DNA of 64,000 bases from Kiritimatiellia bacterium (GTDB taxonomy: Bacteria > Verrucomicrobiota > Kiritimatiellia > JAAZAB01): positions 256,001-320,000 of the forward strand of contig JAXGPF010000005.1 in NCBI GenBank assembly GCA_040767085.1. The letters are read 5' to 3'. Of this stretch, positions 55,713-64,000 are shown piece by piece (the first letter of the stretch is position 1; each line of letters starts with the position of its first letter). The notes beneath the pieces are model-generated. The model had not been told where the DNA came from. It worked only from the letters and a program-made list of their open reading frames with translations, and ran no database searches. Position numbers and translations under genes: made by a program.

Positions 55713-56527
55713 ACCGACGCCTCCTCCCGGCGGCCGGAGCGCCGCACAATGATTTTCTGGGGGCACTTGGCCGCCACCGCCGGATCGGCCAGCGGCTTGG
55801 CATAATCCATCACCGCCAGCGCGCCTTCCATTTTCAAGGATTCCGGCGCAGCCCTGGCGCACAAGGTGCAACCGATGCACCCCACCGCGCAGACTTTGCG
55901 CACCGCCGGGCCGCGGTCTTTATTGCGGCACAACACGTGAAACTCGGCGCTCTCCGGCACCAGCCGGATCAATTGCCGCGGGCAAGCCGCGATGCATTTG
56001 CCGCAGCCGATGCACAACTCGGGGTGCACCACCGCCAGACCGTTGCCGGTAATCTCGATGGCATTGACCGGGCAGACCCGAGCGCAGGAGCCCAATCCCA
56101 GGCAGCCATAGGCGCAGGCCTTGTCGCCGCCGGCCACCAGCACGGCCGCCGCGCAATCCGCTACGCCATTGTAAGCAAATTTACGGCGCGCTTCCTTCTG
56201 GCCGCCGTGGCACAGAACAATGGCCACCTGGCGCTCGCGCAATTCCGCCTTGACGCCCAAAAAAGCGGCAATAGCTTCCGCGACGGCGTTGCCGCCCGGC
56301 GCGCACAGGTTGGGAGGCGCTTTTTGGGCGACTATCGCCCGGGCGTAATCGGCGCAGCCGGCAAAACCGCAGGCCCCGCAATTCACCCCCGGCAACAGGC
56401 CGAGCACCGCTTCCACCCGCGGGTCTTCTTTCACACCGAAATAGTGCGAAACCAGGCCGAGGGCGGCGCCGCAAAAAATCCCCAGCCCGCCCAGCACCAT
56501 GACCGCGTTAATAATCTCACCATGCAT
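55703..56527 (-). CDS. rnfB: Rnf subunit B
   Basis: LPGVNCGACGFAGC, CAPGG, CAYGCLGLGSC, multiple ferredoxin motifs. Confidence 0.95.
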   Translation of the reverse strand: MHGEIINAVMVLGGLGIFCGAALGLVSHYFGVKEDPRVEAVLGLLPGVNCGACGFAGCADYARAIVAQKAPPNLCAPGGNAVAEAIAAFLGVKAELRERQVAIVLCHGGQKEARRKFAYNGVADCAAAVLVAGGDKACAYGCLGLGSCARVCPVNAIEITGNGLAVVHPELCIGCGKCIAACPRQLIRLVPESAEFHVLCRNKDRGPAVRKVCAVGCIGCTLCARAAPESLKMEGALAVMDYAKPLADPAVAAKCPQKIIVRRSGRREEASVCA

Positions 56528-56528
56528 A

Positions 56529-57125
56529 TCACATCTTGATCAAGGCCGCAAACCCCATGAAGGCCAGGCTCAACAGCCCGGCGGTCACCAGCGCCAGCGC
56601 CGGACCGCGGAAGGCCTTGGGCGGCTGCGCCCGCTCGATTTTTTCGCGCAAGCCGGTAAAAATCAACAGCGCCAGGGAAAATCCGACCGCCGCACCGAAG
56701 CCAAACACCACGGCTTCCATGAAATTGTATTGCTTCTGGATATTAAGCACGGCCACGCCCAGCACGGCGCAATTAGTGGTGATCAAGGGCAGGAAAATCC
56801 CCAGGGCTTGGTAAAGCTGGAGACTGAATTTCCGGAGAAAAATCTCCACCACCTGCACAAACGCCGCAATCACCAGGATAAACACGATCGTCTGCAGGTA
56901 GGTCAGGTCGACGCCGAACAGCCCCTGCGGCTCCAGCAGGAAACGCGAAACCGACCAGGTCACCGCCGAGCCGCAGGTCATCACAAAAATTACCGCGGCC
57001 GCCATGCCCAGCGCGGTCGGAATATTTTTCGAGACCCCCAGGAACGGACAAATTCCCAGGAAACGGGTCAGCACAAAATTATTTACCAGCACCGCGCTCA
57101 GAATCAAGAGAATATATTTTTCCAT
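56529..57125 (-). CDS. rnfA: Rnf subunit A
   Basis: VNNFVLTRFLGICPFLGVS, LGIFLPLITTNCAVLG, GLRE, SLAFMGF. Confidence 0.96.
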   Translation of the reverse strand: MEKYILLILSAVLVNNFVLTRFLGICPFLGVSKNIPTALGMAAAVIFVMTCGSAVTWSVSRFLLEPQGLFGVDLTYLQTIVFILVIAAFVQVVEIFLRKFSLQLYQALGIFLPLITTNCAVLGVAVLNIQKQYNFMEAVVFGFGAAVGFSLALLIFTGLREKIERAQPPKAFRGPALALVTAGLLSLAFMGFAALIKM

Positions 57126-57181
57126 GGCTTGTCTGCCGGGAAACAAATGCAGCCTGGCTGATTCAAAAAACAAACCACGCC

Positions 57182-57209
57182 AGTATAGATGATCCCGGAG
57201 GAATTGCAA
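57182..57209 (-). promoter_or_regulatory. Candidate sigma70 promoter for the rnf operon
   Basis: Minus strand TTGCAA, 16 bp, TATACT. Confidence 0.45.
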
Positions 57210-57297
57210 TAAAATTAAGCAGCCTTTTCGAGACGTTCCCGGGATGGAATTTGGATTGCATCCCGCACCCGGTTGCGGCACAATCCAAGCTTAACCC

Positions 57298-58935
57298 ATG
57301 CGACCTAAACTCCATCTTCCCGCCCTGCTGGCGGCCCTGCTGGCCGTCGGACCGTTGTACTTGTGCGGCACGTTCAACCACGATCTCTGGCGGCCGGCGG
57401 AAGCCCGGGAGGCGGGCATTGCCTGGCAAATGCTGGAAAACGGCGATTGGACCGCCACCTATCTGAACGAAGATCTGTTCCTGGAAAAGCCTCCGCTTTA
57501 TACATGGGCCATCGCGGTTGGCCTGAAAATTTTCGGCCGCCAGGACTGGGCGGTGCGGCTGCCCGCTTTTTTATTCACCCTCGGCACGTTGGCGCTGGTG
57601 TTTTGCCTGGCGCGCATCCGGCTTTCTTCCCTGGGAGCGCAGGGCGCGCTGGCCAGCCTGGCCACCATGGCCTTGTTCCTGGAAGTCAACCATGGCGCTA
57701 TGATTGACAACGGCCTGATGTTTTTTGTCACCCTGGCCATGCTGGCATTTTACCGGCTGCAAGCCGGCGCGGCCCGGCCGCGCGCCTGGGCCGCGCTCTT
57801 TTACGCCGCGCTGGCCCTGGCCTTCCTGACCAAGGGCGGCATCGGCCCGGCGCTCGTACTGGCGGCGGCCGGCGGCTACACGGCGGCGGGCCGCCTTCGC
57901 GGCATCTGGCGCTGGGCGCATCCGCTGCCGGGCGCCGCCATTCTGCTGGTCTTGATCGGCGGCTGGCTGGCGGCGCTCTGGCGCCAGGGTGGCGCGGAAT
58001 ATTTTCACGTTTTTTTCATCCGCAACAACCTGGACCGGCTGCTGGGGCGGTATGGCCCGACGGGCGCCTGGCATTATTATATCCCTTATGTTTTCAGCAG
58101 CGCCCTGCCCTGGACCCTTCTGCTGCCCGCCGGCATCTGGCGCATCCGGCAGGAATTGCGGCAGCCGGCGGCGCCGCGGGAAGCACGGGATTACTGGCGG
58201 TTCATGGCGTGGTGGTGCGGGGCGTTTTTTGCGATGCTCAGCCTGGCGGGCGGCAAGGATCATCAGTACCTTCTGCCCCTGCTGCCGCCTCTGGCCATCG
58301 CCGGCGGCGCTTGGATCGAACACACCGTCAACAGCCGCGGCATACCGCGCTGGACCATGGTGTTGACCTGGATTTTCACCGCCGGATCGGCCGGGCTCGC
58401 GCTGGCCATGCCCTGGCTGCCCTGGCTGCTCGACGCCCGGCATACCGGCCGCATGGTGTTCGCCGCGCTTTGGACACTGCTGCCGGCGGCCGCCGGTCTG
58501 CTGGCAACGCGCGCGCTCGCGCGCCGGAATTGGCGGGGTTACTGGCGGGCGCTGGCCGTGCTGGCCGCGATCAGCGGGTTCACGCTGGGATTATTCGTGG
58601 AACCGGCGCTGGATCGCGTCAAATCCATCCGCCCCTTAAGCGCGGCACTGCAGGATAACCTGCCGCCGGACGCCGAATTATGGGGGTACGACCTGGATGA
58701 AAACACCGTGGGCGCGCTGGTCTTTTACGGGCATCGCCACCGCCGGCTGGCGGGACTGGGCGACCACCTGCGGCTCCTGGAAGCCGGCCGACCGCAGCGG
58801 ATGCTGCTGATGTCGCGCCAGCCCGGGCGGCAGCCGGATGTCGCGCGGCTGCTGGACACCGGCGACTGGCAAATCCAACTCCACTTCGCCGCCGGCGACC
58901 GCTGGTTCTGGCTGATGGCGCCGCGTGCGGACTGA
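57298..58935 (+). CDS. ArnT/PMT-family (GT-C) membrane glycosyltransferase
   Basis: [43 protein letters not shown]; many TM helices. Confidence 0.88.
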   Translation: MRPKLHLPALLAALLAVGPLYLCGTFNHDLWRPAEAREAGIAWQMLENGDWTATYLNEDLFLEKPPLYTWAIAVGLKIFGRQDWAVRLPAFLFTLGTLALVFCLARIRLSSLGAQGALASLATMALFLEVNHGAMIDNGLMFFVTLAMLAFYRLQAGAARPRAWAALFYAALALAFLTKGGIGPALVLAAAGGYTAAGRLRGIWRWAHPLPGAAILLVLIGGWLAALWRQGGAEYFHVFFIRNNLDRLLGRYGPTGAWHYYIPYVFSSALPWTLLLPAGIWRIRQELRQPAAPREARDYWRFMAWWCGAFFAMLSLAGGKDHQYLLPLLPPLAIAGGAWIEHTVNSRGIPRWTMVLTWIFTAGSAGLALAMPWLPWLLDARHTGRMVFAALWTLLPAAAGLLATRALARRNWRGYWRALAVLAAISGFTLGLFVEPALDRVKSIRPLSAALQDNLPPDAELWGYDLDENTVGALVFYGHRHRRLAGLGDHLRLLEAGRPQRMLLMSRQPGRQPDVARLLDTGDWQIQLHFAAGDRWFWLMAPRAD

Positions 58936-58965
58936 CGCCGCACGCGGCATAAGTCGGCGCGGATT

Positions 58966-61086
58966 TTACCGCTTTTCGCCCTGCTTCTCGTCCGTCAGGC
59001 CCTTTTCCTGCATGGCGGCCCGGCGGCTCAGGCGGACGCGGCCGCGCTCGTCAATGCCGATGCATTTCACCCACATCTGGTCGCCCAGCTTGCAGATATC
59101 CTCGACCTTGCCCACCCGGAAGTCGGCCAACTCGCTGATATGCACCAGGCCGTCCTTGCCCGGGAAGATTTCCACGAAGGCGCCGAACTCCTTGATACCG
59201 GTGACCGTCCCGTTGTAAATCACGCCTTCCTCCGCTTCAGCGGTGATCAGGCTGACTTCGCGCAGCGCCATGTCCATGGATTCGCCGTCGGTGCTGAAAA
59301 TGTGGACTGTGCCGTCATCGTCAATGTCAATCTGCGTGCCGGTGACGTCGGTGATGCGGCGGATGTTTTTGCCGCCGGGACCGATCAGCAGGCCGATTTT
59401 CTCCGGATCGATCTTGACCACCTGCACGCGCGGAGCGTAGGGGGACAGTTCGGGGCGCGGGGCGGCAAGGACTGAGTCCATGAAATCGAGAATTCTCAGG
59501 CGCGCCGCATGCGCCCGCTCGAATGCGCCTTCAACCAAATTCCACGGCAGGCTGCGGAGCTTCAGGTCCACCTGGAACCCGGTGATGCCATTGCGGGTGC
59601 CGGCCACCTTGAAATCCATGTCGCCGCAATGATCCTCGTCGCCGAGAATATCGGTCACCAGCATGGCCCGGCGGTCGTCGGTGAACAAACCGATGGAAAT
59701 TCCCGCCACGGGCCGCAGCAGCGGCACGCCGGCATCCATCAACGCCAGGGAACCGACGCAGACACTGGCCATGGAAGTCGAGCCGTTGGACCCCATGATT
59801 TCCGAAACCAGCCGCACGGTGTAAGGATACTCCTTGGGCATCATCTGCTCCAGCGAGCGCTCCGCCAGGTTGCCGTGGCCGATTTCGCGGCGGCCGGTCG
59901 AGCCCAGCCGGCCGACCTCGCCGACGCTGTAAGGCGGGAAATTGTAATGCACCATGAACGCCTTTTCATCCGGACCGCCCGTGATGGCGTCCATCGACTG
60001 GGCGTCGGACTTGCTGCCGAGGGTCACGATGCCCAGGGCCTGGGTTTCGCCGCGGGCGAAAAGCGCCGAGCCGTGCGTGCGGGGAATCAAGCTTACATCC
60101 GCGTTCAACGGCCGCAGTTCGTCGAGCGCGCGCCCGTCAATGCGCCGCTGGTTTTCCAGCACGTTGCGGCGCACGGTTTCAATTTCCAGCCGGTCGCAGG
60201 TCTCGCGGAACTGCTCGGCGGTCATCTCCGGGAAACGCGCCTGCATGGCAGTCTGCAAGGCGGCGCGGATTTCGCCCGTCCGCGTCCGGCGTTCCAGTTT
60301 GCCGGGGATCAGCAGGGCCGCTTCCAGTTCCTTGCCGCAGATTTCGCGCGCCGCCGGCAGCAGGACTTCATCCTGCGGGAGGTCCGCTACGACCTTGTCC
60401 GGCAGTCCCAGTTTGCGGCGCAATTCCAGTTGCAGGTCCACCAGCGCGCGGCAGGCGGCATGGCCGAAACGCATGGCGGCCACCATGTCGGCCTCGGAAA
60501 TCTCCTTGGCATCCCCTTCAATCATGATCGGGTTGTCGCGGTCGCCGACGTAAATCAGGTCCAGATCGCTGGCAGCGCGTTCCTCATTGGTGGGATTCAA
60601 AATGAATTTGCCATCCACGCGGCCGACGCGCACGGCGCCGATCGGGCCGTAAAACGGCAGGTCGGAAATCACCAGGGCGGCGCTGGCTGCCAGGATGCTG
60701 AGGATGTCGCCGTCATTCTTGCCGTCCGCCGACAGCAGCATATTGTTGATTTGAACATCGTTGTGATAGCCCTCCTGGAACAGGGGGCGGATGGGCCGGT
60801 CCGTGAAACGGGCCGTCAGGATTTCCTTTTCCGACGGGCGCGCTTCGCGCTTGAAAAACCCGCCCGGGAAGGCGCCCGCGGCGTAAAATTTTTCGCGGTA
60901 CTCGACCTGCAGGGGGAAATAATCAATGCCTTCGCGGGGAGTTTCCGTGGCCGTGACGGCGGAAAAGACAACAGTTTCACCGAGTTGGACGGTGGCGGCG
61001 CCGCGCGCCTGGCGGGCGAGCAGCCCGGTTTCGATACGGATGGTCTGGCTGCCTAACTGGGTTTCTACAGCGGTTGTGTTTTTCAT
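58966..61086 (-). CDS. pnp: Polyribonucleotide nucleotidyltransferase (PNPase)
   Basis: [56 protein letters not shown] and S1 domains. Confidence 0.98.
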   Translation of the reverse strand: MKNTTAVETQLGSQTIRIETGLLARQARGAATVQLGETVVFSAVTATETPREGIDYFPLQVEYREKFYAAGAFPGGFFKREARPSEKEILTARFTDRPIRPLFQEGYHNDVQINNMLLSADGKNDGDILSILAASAALVISDLPFYGPIGAVRVGRVDGKFILNPTNEERAASDLDLIYVGDRDNPIMIEGDAKEISEADMVAAMRFGHAACRALVDLQLELRRKLGLPDKVVADLPQDEVLLPAAREICGKELEAALLIPGKLERRTRTGEIRAALQTAMQARFPEMTAEQFRETCDRLEIETVRRNVLENQRRIDGRALDELRPLNADVSLIPRTHGSALFARGETQALGIVTLGSKSDAQSMDAITGGPDEKAFMVHYNFPPYSVGEVGRLGSTGRREIGHGNLAERSLEQMMPKEYPYTVRLVSEIMGSNGSTSMASVCVGSLALMDAGVPLLRPVAGISIGLFTDDRRAMLVTDILGDEDHCGDMDFKVAGTRNGITGFQVDLKLRSLPWNLVEGAFERAHAARLRILDFMDSVLAAPRPELSPYAPRVQVVKIDPEKIGLLIGPGGKNIRRITDVTGTQIDIDDDGTVHIFSTDGESMDMALREVSLITAEAEEGVIYNGTVTGIKEFGAFVEIFPGKDGLVHISELADFRVGKVEDICKLGDQMWVKCIGIDERGRVRLSRRAAMQEKGLTDEKQGEKR

Positions 61087-61337
61087 ACTTGTTCTGCGTT
61101 TCCTTGTGTGTTTTTTTGTTTTGTTTTTTTGAAAGGTTGAAAGACGGGGCGGACCGGGCCCGGCGCCATGTTCCCGCCGGCCCGGCGGCCGGCATTACAG
61201 AAGATATGCGGCGCCGGCGCCTCGCAGCAAGGCCAGACTGGATGGATTTTTATCCGGATCGCCCAAACGGCGCCAGATCTTCGGTCAGGCAGGGACGCGG
61301 GTCCGGGCGCGAAGGAGAGCGGCGCCGGCATGGATGA

Positions 61338-61601
61338 CTAATGCCGCAAGTTCAGCCGCTTGATCAGGGACTGGTAACGGGTCTCGTCCTTGCGCTTGAG
61401 GTAATCCAGCAGGCGCCGGCGGGCATTCACCAGCTTGATTAAACCGTACCGGGAACTATGGTCGGCGGTATGCGCTTTGAGGTGTTCGGTCAAGCGGTTG
61501 ATGCGCATCGTCAGCAATGCCGACTGGACATCGGGCGATCCGCTGTCCTTTTCATGCAACTGAAATTGCTTGCTGAACTGCTCTTTGGTCACTTCTTCCA
61601 T
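61338..61601 (-). CDS. rpsO: 30S ribosomal protein S15
   Basis: 87 aa: [44 protein letters not shown]. Confidence 0.96.
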   Translation of the reverse strand: MEEVTKEQFSKQFQLHEKDSGSPDVQSALLTMRINRLTEHLKAHTADHSSRYGLIKLVNARRRLLDYLKRKDETRYQSLIKRLNLRH

Positions 61602-61660
61602 GCAAACGTCCTTCTCGTGCTGATAGTGTTTTTTAAGCCTGATTTGTTTTGTTGGCGTGC

Positions 61661-61689
61661 ATTCTAGAAAAAACCCGCGCCCATGTAAA
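61661..61689 (-). promoter_or_regulatory. Candidate sigma70 promoter for rpsO-pnp
   Basis: Minus strand TTTACA, 17 bp, TAGAAT. Confidence 0.6.
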
Positions 61690-61707
61690 GCAATAAATTT
61701 ACGCAGA

Positions 61708-62664
61708 TTATCTCCCGCCGGCGCGGAACCAGGCTCGGACCTTGTCGATATCGCGGACAATCTGGCCGCGCAATTGCGCCGGGGAATCGAAACGCCGTTC
61801 CGGACGCAAGCGGCGGAGAAAACACACCTCCATTTCGAGGCCATAGATATCCTCCCCAAAATCGAGGATATGCGTCTCCACCAGCAAGGGCGGAGCCGCC
61901 GCATCCGCGCCGGCCGGGACCATGGTCGGGCGCCGGCCGACATTGGCCACCCCGCGCAGCCGCCGGCAACCCAGCAGCACCCGCACGGCATACACCCCCG
62001 GCGGCGGCAGGACCTCGTCGGCTGTGGCCAGGTTGGCGGTCGGTGTGCCCAGGCGGCGGCCGCCCAGGCCGCGGCCGGCGGCCACGGTTCCGAACAGGCT
62101 GAAAGGCCGGCCCAGCATGACGGCGGCGGACGCCAGGCGGCCGTCAGCCAGGGCGCGCCGGATGCGCGTGCTGGACACCGGCGCGCCCTGGCGGCAAAGC
62201 GGGGGCACGACCATCGCGCGGAATCCGTGCCGGGCCGCCAGCGTCCGCAGCAATGCCGGCCCCCCGCCGCCGTCGCGGCCGAAAGTCCAATTGCTGCCCG
62301 CGCAGACCGCGGCCAGGCGGGGCGCGGCGGACGCCAGTTCGGCAATGAATGTTTCCGGCGCGCATGCGGCCAGCGCGGTGTTAAACGGCAGCGCGATGCA
62401 CCCATCCATGCCCATGGCCGCGAAGAGGCGCAACTTGTGCGGGAGCCCGGTGAGCAGCAGCGGCGCGGATTCCGGAGCCAGCACCTTCAGGGGATGCGTA
62501 TTGAAAGTCAAGACCCAGGCCGCGCCGCCCAAGCGGCGCGCCGCGGCCGCGGCCCGGCGCAGAATCGCCTGATGCCCCAGATGCACGCCGTCAAAAAATC
62601 CGGCGGCCAGGACCACCGGCCGGCGTTGCGGCTGCAAAACATCCAACTGCCGGCTGAATTTCAT
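61708..62664 (-). CDS. ribF: Bifunctional riboflavin kinase/FAD synthetase
   Basis: [50 protein letters not shown]. Confidence 0.96.
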   Translation of the reverse strand: MKFSRQLDVLQPQRRPVVLAAGFFDGVHLGHQAILRRAAAAARRLGGAAWVLTFNTHPLKVLAPESAPLLLTGLPHKLRLFAAMGMDGCIALPFNTALAACAPETFIAELASAAPRLAAVCAGSNWTFGRDGGGGPALLRTLAARHGFRAMVVPPLCRQGAPVSSTRIRRALADGRLASAAVMLGRPFSLFGTVAAGRGLGGRRLGTPTANLATADEVLPPPGVYAVRVLLGCRRLRGVANVGRRPTMVPAGADAAAPPLLVETHILDFGEDIYGLEMEVCFLRRLRPERRFDSPAQLRGQIVRDIDKVRAWFRAGGR

Positions 62665-62674
62665 GAATCAGCGT

Positions 62675-63415
62675 TTACCCGGAAAGCGGCACGCGCGGAG
62701 ACGGCACGATCAAACGGATCAGGTCCGCGCGCGCCAGGTTTAAAATGTCCCCCAACGGCGCAGCTTCGCTCAGCTTGAAAGCGCCGCTGGCGAGCCGGCG
62801 CAACTGCTCCAGATACGCGCCGCATCCCAGCGCCTCGCCCAGGTCGGCGCAGAGCGTGCGCACGTAACAGCCTTTGCTGCAGCGGACGCGAAACGCCCCG
62901 GATGGCGGCTGAAAATCCAGAAGCGTGAATTCGTATACGCGCACCAGCCGGGGCTGCCGCTCGACCACCTGCCCTTTGCGGGCCAGCCGGTACAGGGGCA
63001 CGCCGTTCTTTTTCAGCGCCGAAACCATCGGCGGCAGTTGCATCAGGTCGCCCGTCAAGCCGGCCATGGCGCGTTCCACATCGGCGCGCGCCACCGCGCT
63101 GCAATCCCGTTCCTGCACCACCTGCCCATCGCCATCCTGGGTATCGGTGGCGATGCCCAGGCGGACCACGCCTTCGTAAATCTTGTCTTCCGCCATCAGG
63201 CGGTCGGCCAGCTTGGTGGCGCGGCCGAGCATGATCACCAGTAACCCGGTAGCCTGGGGATCGAGCGTGCCGGCGTGGCCGACTTTCGGGGCGCCGAAAC
63301 GGCGGCGGATGCGGTCCACCACGTCATGGGACGTCATGCCGGCGGGTTTATCCACCAACAGGATGCCGTCCGGCAGGGCGCCAAAAGGCGCGGTATGGCG
63401 CGATCCCTGTTTCAT
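62675..63415 (-). CDS. truB: tRNA pseudouridine(55) synthase
   Basis: [47 protein letters not shown]. Confidence 0.96.
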   Translation of the reverse strand: MKQGSRHTAPFGALPDGILLVDKPAGMTSHDVVDRIRRRFGAPKVGHAGTLDPQATGLLVIMLGRATKLADRLMAEDKIYEGVVRLGIATDTQDGDGQVVQERDCSAVARADVERAMAGLTGDLMQLPPMVSALKKNGVPLYRLARKGQVVERQPRLVRVYEFTLLDFQPPSGAFRVRCSKGCYVRTLCADLGEALGCGAYLEQLRRLASGAFKLSEAAPLGDILNLARADLIRLIVPSPRVPLSG

Positions 63416-63822
63416 CCGGTTCCGGCCTGCCCTGCCGCGGGCTCCGCCGCCGGATGATCCAGCAACTCCGGCTGCGCGCGCTCCATTGCGGCGATCAAAG
63501 TCAAAACCCGATCGCCTTCGGCGATGGACTCGTCCAACTCGAATTCCAGACGCGGGGTGTACTTGATGGTGATATCGCGGTTGATGCGCTGCTGAATTTC
63601 GAAGCGATGCTGGCCGAGCAGGGCCAGCATGCGCGCCTGTTCCCCGGCCGGCGCGCGGATGGAAACCAGCACCCGGGCCTGGCGCAGGTTGCGGCTGGTG
63701 ATGACGCGGGTAATGGACACCGCCGCCAGGTCGAAGGCCTGCTCGTGCATCACGCGGAAAAGAGAATCCCCGATTTCGCGCTTCAACAACTCGTTTACCC
63801 TGGTCAAGCGGTCCACGTGCAT
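63412..63822 (-). CDS. rbfA: 30S ribosome-binding factor A
   Basis: [28 protein letters not shown]; located between infB and truB. Confidence 0.92.
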   Translation of the reverse strand: MHVDRLTRVNELLKREIGDSLFRVMHEQAFDLAAVSITRVITSRNLRQARVLVSIRAPAGEQARMLALLGQHRFEIQQRINRDITIKYTPRLEFELDESIAEGDRVLTLIAAMERAQPELLDHPAAEPAAGQAGTG

Positions 63823-63835
63823 GTCATCCCCGCCC

Positions 63836-64000
63836 TCAAAGTTTGGCCGCAATTTTTTCGATTTCGAAAAATTCCAGCACATCCCCCGACTCGAACTCGG
63901 AGTAATTGTCGAGACGCACGCCGCATTCCTGTCCTTCGCGCACCTCGCCGACTTCGTCCTGGAAGCGCTTGAGCGTGATCACCGCGCCCTCGTAAAGCAG
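63836..64000 (-). CDS. infB: Translation initiation factor IF-2, C-terminal end (truncated by window edge)
   Basis: Manual translation LLYEGAVITLKRFQDEVGEVREGQECGVRLDNYSEFESGDVLEFFEIEKIAAKL*. Confidence 0.93.
   Translation of the reverse strand: MLYEGAVITLKRFQDEVGEVREGQECGVRLDNYSEFESGDVLEFFEIEKIAAKL

Noticed and set aside
61602-61655. S15 autoregulatory leader
   Set aside because: Plausible by position, but no convincing structure could be identified by eye.
61602-62405. 355-aa ORF that looks like an extended S15
   Set aside because: The upstream part overlaps ribF in another frame; S15 starts at 61601 after an AAGGA RBS and its own promoter.

Overview
A GC-rich bacterial chromosome segment. 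Gene content and protein styles suggest the PVC superphylum, probably Kiritimatiellae/Lentisphaerae-like (inference only). From left to right: (1) an AraC-associated cluster of two giant secreted carbohydrate-module proteins, an M14 peptidase and a DUF4838 protein; (2) an operon encoding a TPR protein, ExbB with a zinc-ribbon tail, two ExbD proteins, a TonB-like-anchored DUF4159 protein and an FG-GAP protein, divergent from a ~1000-aa TPR gene and with no TonB-dependent receptor in the window; (3) argA-like, purM, an orphan Flp/TadE-like pilin back-to-back with a membrane-spanning non-RD Ser/Thr kinase carrying LRRs, thrC, mntP, an NtrC-family regulator and a Tat-lipoprotein M48 peptidase; (4) a complete 1453-bp IS1202-family (ISNCY) element with a 16-bp target duplication; (5) gnd-HAD-nagA, a carboxy(nor)spermidine dehydrogenase-like gene, dapL, apt, tcdA, tRNA-Arg(CCG), hldD, rfaE2, a DegT aminotransferase, LacI with three operator-like boxes, a GH29 fucosidase and an SGNH hydrolase; (6) rnfABCDGE, with a TTAGGG-containing octamer tandem repeat and palindromes between rnfC and rnfD; (7) an ArnT-like transferase and infB(partial)-rbfA-truB-ribF-rpsO-pnp. 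The best candidates for undescribed systems are the receptor-less ExbBD/DUF4159/FG-GAP/TPR machine and the non-RD LRR kinase/pilin pair. All calls come from motif reading by eye; no database search was run.
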